Assembly (NCBI RefSeq): GCF_018977255.1
Contig: NW_024704742.1
Span: 41,356,001 to 41,420,000, forward strand
Length of the DNA stretch: 64,000 nt
Direction of reading: 5' to 3'
DNA from: Callorhinchus milii
Lineage: Eukaryota
The notes below the pieces were generated by a model. It did not search any database and was not told the origin of the DNA. It saw nothing but the letters and a program-made list of their open reading frames with translations. The translations under genes and the position numbers were made by a program. Each line of letters begins with the position of its first letter. Positions within the stretch are counted from its first letter, which is position 1. Shown here one piece after another: positions 43,356 to 53,554 of this stretch.

Positions 43356-44301
43356 CCTTGCATTTGATATAGCGCTTTTCACGTCGGGAGGACGTCCCAA
43401 AGCGCTTCACAGAATATACTGTAAAGTGAATTGACTGGATATTTGTGGGCGAACACGGCAGCCAATTGCGCACAGCAATGTCCCACAAACAGTCGTAGAT
43501 TGAAAATGACCAATTTATTATTGTTTTTGGTTTTGGAGGGATTATTATTAGGCTCTGTGTGGAGTAAGGAAACTTGCCCAAGGCTTCGCCCTCTGCCTGG
43601 AATTGAACTCAGGTCTCTCACTTGCAAAGCGAGTGCTCTAACCACTGAGCTACAGGACTCCACCAAGTCGAGTGGGTGGCCGTGACTGTGAATGGGGGAG
43701 TTGATGTGGAGGGAGAGGTTGAGCGAGGAGAGCAGGGAAGAGAAGTCTGAGGAGATGGAGCAGGAGGGGGTGAAGTGCTGGTTGAAGTCGCCCAGGATGA
43801 TAAGGCGATCAGAGCAGAGGCAGAGAGATGTAAGAAGTGTCGAAATATCGGAGATGAAGGTGGGAGAGGTTATAGGGGGCCGGTAGAGGAGGAGGATTTT
43901 GAGTGAGAGGAAGGAGGGGTGAGAGAGGGTGAGGTGCTCGAAAGAGGGGAACGAGCCAGAGGAGTAGGGGGATAGGGCAAGTGGTGTCCTTGAGATAAGG
44001 GCTACATCACCGCCACGGCGGTTGGGGCGAGGGATGTGATGGGAGGTGTAGCCGGGTGGTGTGGCCTCCGTGAGGGGGAAGGTGTCGCCTGGGGTGAACC
44101 AGGTTTCCGTTAAGGCCATGATGTCAATGCTCTCATCAAGGATGAGATCGTTGATGACCAGGGCCTTGTTACAGAGGCAGCGGACGTTTTGTTGTCCGAT
44201 GTGGAGGGAGCAGTTGACAGAAGGGTGTGTGGGGAGGGAGGGTCCAGGTTGTGAGGCAGGGGTGGGGGAATGGGGATGAGAGAGGAGAGGTTGGCTCCCC
44301 G
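40912..44301 (-). mobile_element. Near full-length L2-clade LINE ORF2 (APE endonuclease + RT), frameshifted, containing a SINE
   Basis: APE motifs QNVRCL, ALTETW, ILGDFN, HGHPLDL. RT motifs [46 protein letters not shown]. 3' stem-loop and (GTT)n tail at 40912-40930. Confidence 0.95.
43327..43663 (-). mobile_element. Young full-length tRNA-derived Deu-domain SINE inserted in L2 ORF2
   Basis: Head GTGGAGTCCTGTAGCTCAGTGGTTAGAGC with Pol III A/B boxes, Deu-like core GTTTGTGGGACATTGCTGTGCGCAATTGGCTGCC, L2-like stem-loop, (ATT)n tail. Splits the L2 peptide GHPLDLV|ITRGL. Confidence 0.93.
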
Positions 44302-44337
44302 TGTAGGCAAACGCTGTAGCCAGTTTGCGCACAACAA

Positions 44338-44780
44338 CAATAAGAATACATTTGTATTGCGCCTTTCACGTCGGGAGGACGTCCCAAGGCGTTGGACAGT
44401 GTACAGCATTTCAGCCCCGAGCAGGGATCAGGAGGGAGAAGGGAGGGGAGGGGAAGGGCCGATGGCATGGTCGAAGAGGAGGGTTTTGAGGTGGGACTTG
44501 AAGGAGGCTAAGGACACCACACAAGACTGTGCAGGGGCTGGAAGAGAACCATTGGCAGAGACAAATTAGAGACAGTGTGAGAGATAAGACCCGAACCATT
44601 CAAGGGCAGAACCTTGAAGGCTGAGGTGAGAGGAGAGGCGATGGAGAAGGATGGAGCAGTCCACGTTATCGAAGGCAGCAAGGAGGACGAGGAGGCAGAA
44701 GGAGTCCTGGTCACAGATGGACAGAATGTCGTTTGTGACCTTGACCAGAGCAGTTTCCGTGCTGTGAGCATTTGACTGTA
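44338..44780 (-). mobile_element. L2 3' end (44338-44510) joined to an L2 RT fragment (44511-44780)
   Basis: [15 protein letters not shown]...AAFDNVD, plus tail GGGACGTCCTCCCGACGTGAAAGGCG. Confidence 0.85.
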
Positions 44781-45049
44781 ACAATGATACATTCACCAGC
44801 ATTCACAATTATTCATATCTCCTCAGTTTTCTCCCCACCTTTTCCTTTCACAACCTCCTCTCGTCAAAAATGAAGTTGGATTCCCAAACTCAATTCATCT
44901 GTAATAAAGAAGGGGTCTTTTTAATTAAACTTCCCCCAGGCAGGGAAATGTGCAAATATTTTTTTTGAAAGAGAGAGACAGTGAGAGACAGGTTATTTTT
45001 CAACAAAGAGAGGGAGTCTTTCTCCAAGGGGAATTCGCAGCTGCTAAAT

Positions 45050-45345
45050 TTTTTTTTTGTCAGCCAGGTATCTGACACATGCAGAAACTCATCACCATGC
45101 TTAAGAGTATCCAAACCAAGCTGAGATTTCCATACGTCCCACCTACACATGGAAATCCCAGAGACAGATAGTTGGAATGGTATGCATACTCTCTCCCTGG
45201 AGGGATGTATCCTGCTTACCTAATTCCAGAAAGTATTAGACGCAGATTGGCAAGAGCCAAGCTGCTGGAGTCTAACCGACTAAGACCGTATAGCTTGCCA
45301 TTGATACTGCTGCCTGACCAGCTATCCTGGTGCTTGCACAGCTAG
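45050..45345 (-). repeat. Copy of the same unidentified repeat with A-tail
   Basis: T-run followed by GTCAGCCAGG...GAGTATCCAAACC...TTACCTAATTCCAG. Confidence 0.8.
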
Positions 45346-46047
45346 GACCATCCTCCCCGTTAGCTACAGTAAATGATTGAAAGCTGAACCTTGATTTGAA
45401 GACTCACTCATACCACTTACATGATCTGGAAAATAATAAAAAGAATCCCTTCATTTGATATTAACACCTTATCATGTCATTGAGACATCTCAAAGCACTT
45501 CATAGAATATACTATAAGTGGATTGACAGTATATTTTGTGGGTGAAACACAGCAGCCAGTTTGCCCACAGGAATGTCCCACAAACAGCCATTTAAAAATT
45601 TTTATTTGAGGAATTGTTGGCCAGGACACCGGGAGAAACTCTGTTCTCTTTTTGAATAGTGCCATAGGATCTTTAAAGTCTACCTAAATGGGTCTTGAGA
45701 CTTTGGTTTGACGATTCATCAAAAAAACAATTTATGTTTATGTAGAGTGTTTCAAGTCAAGAGGCATCTCAAATAAGATGGATGAGGGGGAAGTGGCTAA
45801 AAGTGAAAATAAGGGCTTAAAATATTTTAAAATCACATTACTCTCAGTCCCCTTGCTGTCCAACCATGCTTCATCACAATGTAATTTTAATGCTAACTGC
45901 AAAAGCTCCACTTAAGTAGATTTTTAAGGCGGTTATTAAACTACTGACAACTTTTGGATCTGCCACTCAATACCGGCTTTAATTCTATATTTTCCACTGA
46001 AGTTACATTTCAAATTCAGACTTTTACGGTAACTAGCAGAGGAGAGT

Positions 46048-46452
46048 ATCAGGCTGGCTCAGTTGGTAGCATTCTTATCTCTAAGTCAGTATGTAGGTTT
46101 TGAAGCCCCATGTTGCAACTTTAAACTCATGTACTGCAGGCTGATACTCGAATGAAGTGGCTGGGTGTGGCTGTACTGTTGGAGGTACTATCCTTGAGAT
46201 AAGATTTTAAAATTGAGGTCTATCTGCCAGTTTCAGAGAACTTTAAAGATCCCATGGCAAAAAGAGAAGGGAATTTGTCCCAGTGTCCTGGCCAACAATC
46301 CCCCAAATAAAAAAAAGGTCCCTCAATTCATGGCTATTTGTGGGATATTGCTGTGCAATTGTGCTGTCACAATAAATTCTGTGAAGTGCTTTGAGATGTC
46401 CTTCTGAAATGATAAGGTGCTATACCAAATGCAAGGATTATTATCATTATTA
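46048..46452 (+). mobile_element. Older DeuSINE-like element
   Basis: GGCTCAGTTGGTAGC head, core and tail. Confidence 0.75.
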
Positions 46453-47013
46453 TAAAATCAATGATTCACTCATTGCTGTTATGGTACGTTGCTGTGTGCA
46501 AATTGGTTGCCATGTTCACCATCCTAAGTCATCCCAGTGTGAAAGGTGCTATATCAAATGTAAGGATTATATTATTATTAGAAGATAATCGTACCCCTGG
46601 ATTGATTTAATACTAGTAGAGGGGCCAAAATTGAGGGAATGTTCCATTGCTAACACCCACCTTAAAGACCACTAAAATTTCCCTCCTCCTTCCAGAAACC
46701 ACAATGTAATTAAAACAATAAAATCAGAACTACTTTGATATTTAAATGGAGGAAAGGACTGGGTATAAGCCTTCCTGTTGGAGGGGCATTCTGTGTATTG
46801 CCTAGATTGTTAGAAACCTGGGATTGTTCTATTTATTTAAATAATAAATACAGAATAAGTAAGCATAGGATTCATTCACCTCTATACACCATCTATAGAA
46901 AATCTAATAACATTAAAATATAATTCTTGTCAGCTGCATGTTTTTCTAATGGCAACAATCATTATATGATCCAAGATGAATATCCATTGTGCATTGTATA
47001 AGAATATTAAAAA

Positions 47014-47443
47014 ATCCTTGCGCTTGATTTAGTGCCTTTCATTTAGAGTAGAAATCTCAGAGTGCTTCACAGAATGTATTGAAAAGTGTAGAGACTGTGT
47101 ATTTTGTAGGCAAACGCTGTAGCCAGTTTGTGCACAACAATGTTCTACAAACAGCCAAGGAGTGAATGACCGATATTATCTGGGGGAATTGTTGGCCAGG
47201 ACACCAGGACAAACCACCTTCTTTTTTCAAATAGTGACATGGGATGTTTAATGTCCACCTGAACCTGCAGATCGGATCTTAGTTTAATGTCTCATACTCA
47301 GGATGGCATCTCCAACAATGCAGTAAACCAGCAGCACTGATTTGAAATGTCAGCCTAGGCTGTATGAAATCATAGACTCAACATGGGACTTGAATCCACA
47401 ATCTTCTGATTCAGAGACAAGAGGGCTAGCAACTGAGCCAAGT
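47014..47443 (-). mobile_element. Older DeuSINE-like element
   Basis: Full head-to-tail degenerate copy. Confidence 0.8.
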
Positions 47444-47469
47444 TGAAAGACATACAGGCCAAATTGACA

Positions 47470-47730
47470 GTGCAGTGCAACGAATTAGTACACTGTTCTT
47501 CCATTTCTGGGATTTAGGATTAAATTTAGCTCAGATAAGTGAATGTTTCCTTTCGCTCTATCCTCAGTAAAAATCCTAAATGAAACAAATGGGCAATTTC
47601 ACCCCAATCCCAAGGTAAGCACAATTCCACAGAGCAAAACTGTCCACAGTTTGACAATAATGTGTAATGTCCCTTAGTAACACAAAAGAATGGCTAAATA
47701 CAAGAACAAAATGGACTGTCCAGTGAGGAA
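47470..47730 (+). mobile_element. LF-SINE-like ancient SINE relic
   Basis: Collinear but heavily diverged match to the recalled LF-SINE 5' half (..CCTAAATGAAAC..GGGCAATTTCACCCCAATCCC..TCCACAGAGCAAAACTGTCCACAGTTTGAC). Possible 3' piece at ~28960-29050. Confidence 0.5.
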
Positions 47731-48321
47731 AGCACTTCTGTGATTGAAATTAACTCCTAGAATTCATCACTCAAAATTTTTTGAAGGTGAAAACAGTGTT
47801 AAAATAATTGCTTCCAACTTCCAAATGGATGGTTGGAGTTAGAAAAAAAAGGAAGGTAAAGCTTTTAAAGTGAAAAATAGAAAAAATGTTGCACTTGGAG
47901 AAAAAAGTAAAAAAATAAAGTTACAATTCAAATATAGGATAACAGCTGGGTGCAAAATATAGGGAAAATGTTCTATTTTCTGACCCCAATGTATTGAACA
48001 CATCCTCTCTCTCAAAAAGAAAATAGACATGAGTCATCGTTTGCTACATTAATTGAGACAAAATGCAAGCACTGGACAGTGAGATACACTTCAATCTGGA
48101 TTAAAATACAACATTTTAAATGCTGGTGAAACATGACCACAAATTCATCTCTGCAGCCAAGAGATTTTGTGCAGTTTAAGTGAAAGTAAAGGGATTATAA
48201 AGATGCCTGACCACTGTGGAATCTGCCAAATCCTGCTCATGCTGGTTGTTGCTGGCAGAGACACTAAATGTTAGAATGGCAACCTGTTAGCATCTGGTCT
48301 GCGGTAAAGCTATAAGCAATG

Positions 48322-48650
48322 TTTTTTTTATTTGGTTAGCCAGATGTCTGAGATATGTGAAAGTCTATCACTGTGCTTCATAGTATCCAAACCAGACAGA
48401 ATTCCATATATGCAAGCAATTTATGGATGGAAATGTTGCTGTGTCTGGATGGAGTGCATACTTCACTGGAGGGACACACTCTGCTTACCTAATCCCCAAA
48501 AGTATTTGATGCAGGTTGGTGAGAGGCAAGGCTTGGGTACCACAGTCTACATTGGGATAGTGTTGGAATTTAACCAGATAACCAGGTTCACTGATCCATC
48601 ACTTATAGTGGCTTTGGAGTCCTGCGGACCCTCCTGGATCAGCAACCAAA
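48322..48650 (-). repeat. Diverged copy of the same unidentified repeat
   Basis: T-rich end followed by GGTTAGCCAG...AGTATCCAAACCAGACAGA...CTGCTTACCTAAT. Confidence 0.7.
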
Positions 48651-50419
48651 TTGAGACTGCCACAGATTATAGACTCAACCTCAATATTCCGTTCCGAGGC
48701 ATGTCCTCATGTGACAATCACTTTGCTATCACCTCATTCCAGTAATATAATGTTTACATGTGAATAGTAAAGTTGCAAAGAACGCAGCCTACTTAGTATT
48801 TTTTTACGACTCCAGAGTGTGTAAGATCAAAGGATTAGCACTTCAAATCCAAATTTGCAGTCTGCGATAACATGGTTGTGTGCTAATTGCCAAATCAATG
48901 GGGATGTTTGAGCTAGCAGGGAGCAAAATAGTTATCAGTGGAGATTGAAATCGGGCCTTTCTCTGAGTTACGAAGTACCAACATGATTGTGAACTCATTT
49001 CAACTATTGTATCACATGCAACTTGGGAAATAGGGTTAGGCTGTAGGTGTTTAGGAACACACAGCTGCAGTCTATTCGTCTGGCCAATGTTTTGAAGGTT
49101 TGTGTAAGCAATCTACACATCACTAAGATACTAAACTTTGAATCTGTGTGAAGTACTGAACACTGAGGACACTGAAGCAATCTTTTTCTCACATGTTCGT
49201 GCCTGAGTCAGGGTGAATCCATTAGAGCAGACCGCTTCCTCACTCTATCAGCTGAGGGAAATGCTTGATTCTGGAAATCTATGGAAAAAGAGGGGATGAT
49301 GAAGAAGGAAACAATTTAAATAATTTGAGTTTGCATTTTCATAAAACAAATGAAAAACATAAAACAAGTCACATTCTACTTCCTATATCCTCATCCTATT
49401 ACTGATTAATTAGAATTAGTGGTAAAAGATAATTTTGATCACATTTTTAAATATTTATTCATTTTAAAATAAATATACTTACTATAACATAATTTAGTTT
49501 GTTCAATTTCTGTATTATCATGAAGAAAAGCTGTCTCCTGCTGTCCTCTAGGGGCAAATGTGTGAACTCCAAGAATCTGTTCATATAACTCTCCTGTAAT
49601 GATGACTGTAGGGTGATATTGCAATGAAAGTAAAGTAGAAAGAACACATATTCAGCCCAGTCCCCTCAAAGGTCACATATAATTCATCTAATCTCTCGAC
49701 CAATTCACTTTTGCCTAGTGTTATTTGAATGCTAATAATCTGCGCTGTACTAGTTAAGTCCTATCTTTTCGACCATATTTTCAGCCACCAATCTCCCACT
49801 CCCTCAGCTCTTCCCCAACCCCCTTCCGAGGTCAGGCTCCCAAACAGCTGTGTACTTTTGAGATGTCCACCTGATGTGAAAACACTCTACAAATTTAAAT
49901 TGTTGTTATAGTGCCATGGCAATTATACTTTAGTGAATTATATACTCCATGCTGTATAGTTATGTGCTCTGTACATCATTATTTTTCATTTCGGGAGACC
50001 TCAGATTGCTTCACAGGATTCACTGTAAAACGTGGTAACTGTGCATTTTGTGGGTGAACCAGCTACCAGAGGATAATAATGATAATCCTTGCATTTGATA
50101 TAGCGTCTCATTGTGTTATTGAGATGTCTTCAAGGTCCTCACAGGATTTTAGTGTCAAGTTTTGTGACTGGGTATTTGTAAGCAAACACAGTAGCCAATT
50201 TATGGGAGCACAACAATGTCCCACAAACAGCTATGAAGTGAACGCCGAATTCTGTCTTGGGGATTGCTGGCCAGGACACGAGGAGAATCTTGACTTCTCT
50301 TTGCTGTAACATCCACATGAACAGGTGAGGACGGCACCTCCCCCAGCACTGCATTTGAGCATCAACCCAGACCGCGAGTTCAGATGATGCGTCAAGAGAC
50401 CCAAAACAATAATTTAGTA

Positions 50420-50610
50420 TTGATAATAATAATAATCCTTGCATTTGATGTAGCGCCTTGTAACGTCTTTGAGACCACACTAAAAGCGCTTCGCAGAATA
50501 TAGTGTGAAGTACAGTGACGATATACTTTGTGGGAGCGAAACGCGGCGGCCAATTGCACACAGCGGTGTCCCCACAAACAGTCGTGGATTGAGCGACCAA
50601 ATTATTATAT
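50420..50610 (-). mobile_element. SINE 3' half
   Basis: Deu core and tail. Confidence 0.8.
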
Positions 50611-50769
50611 GTTTTTAAAAGAGGGGAAAAACATTCCAATCAGAGTCTCGATGAACTGCAATGGATTGCCACCATGTGATCTTATGCCCAGCTCCCACCG
50701 TCCACACACTGTCTCTCCCCCTCACCCCCCCCAGTTGGTTAGCTGTTTGGTCCTGATGCTGTGGAGTAA

Positions 50770-50960
50770 GCGGCTGCTGGAGACCTCACTTCCGGGTACC
50801 CGTGCCCTCACCAAGATGGCGGCCGCGCGGGCCGCCGTCCCGGCGCGCTCACGTCTGCCCTCATCGTCGTCAACCCGCGCAAGCGGTTAATCTCGCGAGA
50901 AGGGAACAGAGGCGCCCGTTTGAATGCGCGGTCGGTTGGTTCGCGCGCAGCGAGAGAGCG
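50770..50960. promoter_or_regulatory. CpG-island promoter of NCAPG, probably bidirectional
   Basis: ETS/GABP site CACTTCCGG 50787-50795. YY1 site CAAGATGGCGGC 50812-50823. TCTCGCGAGA palindrome (BANP/ZBTB33-type) 50891-50900. CHR element TTTGAA 50919-50924 preceded by GC-rich CDE-like GGCGC. Confidence 0.85.
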
Positions 50961-50974
50961 AGAGAGAGGGAGAG
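50930..50974 (+). other. NCAPG: Probable non-coding first exon of NCAPG (5' end approximate)
   Basis: Consensus donor GAG|GTGAGT at 50974/50975 just downstream of the promoter motifs. The ATG-bearing exon has its own acceptor (TTTTCAG|, 53099) and sits in AT-rich DNA. Confidence 0.65.
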
Positions 50975-51174
50975 GTGAGTGTATATATATATATATCCAT
51001 ATATTCTGTCTTATTCTCTTATTTTATTCTCTCTCTCTATCTATATATATATGTATAGAGAGAGAAAGAGGTAATTTATTATATATATATAGAGAGAAAG
51101 AGATGCGTTGTTAGCGTATATACTGTGTATATGGAGAAACAAGAGGGAGATATATATTGATTTTATATATATAG

Positions 51175-51210
<36 letters not shown>

Positions 51211-51250
51211 GTGAGATATATATATGTAATATATATAAATATAGAGAGAG
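50951..51250. repeat. Compound (GA)n/(TA)n/(TC)n low-complexity tract
   Basis: Direct reading. Confidence 0.9.
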
Positions 51251-51329
51251 GAGTTGTATACAACAACAAGGTCTCAGGGTGGCGCCGCTGATCACGTCAC
51301 AGTGACACTGAGCCCCAGGGAGAGCGGGA

Positions 51330-52200
51330 GGTGACCCCCCGGCGCAGGACGGACTTCCCTCAGACATGATCGGAGAAATGGGAAGGGACGGGGCCGAGGC
51401 GGAGGGGGTCGTGGGAGACCGCTTTCGGGTGGTAGCGGCTGAAGCTGCGGAGCACGGCCGCCCGGGGTAGGGTGGGGTGGGACGAGGGACGGGCAGGAGG
51501 CCAGAGGCAGCGGGTGGAGGGAGTGGGACAAGGCGGGTTGGGGAGATCGGGAGGCGCCGGGGCATGAAGTGATTTGTATGCGAGTGCCAGGATCCTGGAA
51601 GTCGGTCCGTTTCTGCAATAGAGAACCAGTGGAATCTGCTGGAGACTGGGGCGATGGGGGTGTGAGTTCAGCGCGGCTGAGGATACGGGCAGTGGAGTTT
51701 TGAATTAATTGGATTTGAAGAGTGCTTGAGCTGGGGAAGACCATCCATTGGTATCGGAAAAACCAAGCCGGGAGGTGGCAAATGCATGGATAAGGGTGGC
51801 AGCTGTTTTGGATGTGGGGTATAGTCAGAGGCGGACAGTGCAACAGAGTTGGAGGAAAGCGTTCCTGGTCATGGGCAGAGGTGAAGTAGGGAAGGACAGC
51901 TGAGATCGAACCTGACGACTCTTGCATGCAGGTTCAGTGGGTCTGAGGGATGGACTGAGGAGGTTAAGGAGGTCAGAGTTGCAGATGGGAAGATGTTGAC
52001 GGGAGCCAAGGAGAATGGTTTGCAGGCTCAAGGAGCCCCGGTCACAGACGGAGGATGTAATTTGTGATTTTGACGAGTGCTGTTGCCAGGGCAGAAACCA
52101 AACTGGAGGGGCTTGAGTAAGGAGTGAAGGAAAGGTTTGAGCGAAGTTGGGTGGCAACATGCATTCCAGGACTTTAGGAGGGCAAGATTGAGCTGGGCCA
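51330..52200 (-). mobile_element. Diverged, deleted L2 fragment in NCAPG intron 1
   Basis: LQLIQNSTARILS and PLQFGF remnants. Confidence 0.7.
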
Positions 52201-52526
52201 GTAGTTTACAAAATTTGAAGTACAGAAAGAGAGAAAGAAGAGAACTGCATATATGTATATACAAAATATGATATACAGTGAGAGTTAATTATCTCAATAC
52301 TTCACAAAGAAAGCATTAGGGTTTTTTCTCTTTTTCTAACCCACCCACTCTCTGTATTTATATCCCACTTTTATATCTGTGTCTCTTTTATTTGGCCGCC
52401 CCAAAAATATACAGTCAATTCACTTTACATTATATTCTGTGAAGCGCTTTGAGACGTCTTGAAGACGTGATAAGGCACTATATCAAATGCAAGGATTATT
52501 ATTGGTCAGCCGTGTGTCTGACACAT

Positions 52527-52657
52527 ACATAACATAACATGTAGGACAGAAGTAGGCCATTCGGCCCTTTGAGCCTGCCCCGCCATTCAATCATGGCTGA
52601 TCTTCTACTCTAATAACCTAACCCTGCCTTATCCCCATATCCCTTAATATCTTTTGC
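52527..52657 (-). mobile_element. CR1 3'-end fragment
   Basis: Near-identical to 5841-5966; (CATAA)n tail. Confidence 0.85.
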
Positions 52658-53109
52658 AAACCATCACATTTGCTTAAGAGTATCCAAACCAGACAGAGTC
52701 CAGAATTAGGTAAGCACTATGTGTCCCTCCAGAGAGAGGGTGTGCATTCTATTCCAGACATTAGCATTTCCATGTCTAGGATGCGAACATGGACTCTGTC
52801 TGGTTTGGATACTCTTAAGCAATGGTGATGGGTTGCATGTGTCAGTCACTAGGCTGACGAAATAAAATTCAGACACAGGTATTACGGTTGGATATAAATA
52901 AATGTGTGTATATATATATATATATATGAGCGAGACAGAGAGTAGGGGTGTGTTAGATAGAGAGGAAGAGAGTGAGAAGAAACCTAACGTTTTCTTTGTG
53001 AAGTATTGAGATAATTAGCTCATTTAATTCTTAACTGTTAGCATTTTTTATTGCTTTAGTCACTTGCTTCATAGTGTTACAAATCAAAATTGTTTTCAGA
53101 GTTTAAACA

Positions 53110-53220
53110 ATGGAGAAGCCGAAAAAACAACTCCAAATCCGTCAGGCCTTTGAAATGGCTCAGAAAGGGCATCAAAATCTCGCAAAGCTGGCAGCAGGTC
53201 TTAAAAAAACTTACGATCAG
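53110..53220 (+). CDS. NCAPG: Condensin I subunit G, coding exon 1
   Basis: MEKPKKQLQIRQAFEMAQKGHQNLAKLAAGLKKTYDQ resembles the NCAPG N-terminus (IKEAFRLAQQPHQNQAKL). Donor CAG|GTAGAG; exon starts at 53100 after TTTTCAG. Confidence 0.9.
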
Positions 53221-53554
53221 GTAGAGTATATTGAATAAGTCCTGCAAGCAGTAGTCTCATAAAGTGGTCTATTTTAGCTATTATAAATCAGAGGATAATA
53301 CTGTACAGTGAAAGCTTGACTGCTCTATTTTGCCTGTATTAATTAGGTGCTCTCATTAATGAGTTTGGGCTTTTGGTCGCCATTAGTTTCAAATGACCCC
53401 CCCCCCCCACTGAAAATTGATCAGTATAGTGAGTTGCCCTCATCACTGAGATGTCCACGAGATGAGGTTTTCAACCATTTTATGATATGCTGAAAACTCT
53501 TACAGCACAAAGGGTTTGATTTCCGTTGTTTCCTTCATTTTTGATGTTGGAGCT

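Noticed and set aside
43379..44332. 317-aa ORF that looks like an endonuclease fused to a novel C-terminus
   Set aside because: L2 APE domain reading through into an inserted SINE; an artefact of the insertion.
44800..50770. DCAF16 orthologue or snoRNA genes in the intergenic interval
   Set aside because: No DCAF16-like ORF and no convincing C/D or H/ACA box arrangement seen by eye.
50816..50890. Plus-strand 24-codon ORF MAAARAAVP... in good Kozak context
   Set aside because: The ATG is part of the YY1 motif and probably lies upstream of the NCAPG TSS; no homology recognised.
52505..52858. Apparent MITE with ~70-bp terminal inverted repeats
   Set aside because: The symmetry extends into flanking non-repeat DNA, and other family copies have a single A-tailed end. 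Better explained as a local inverted duplication.
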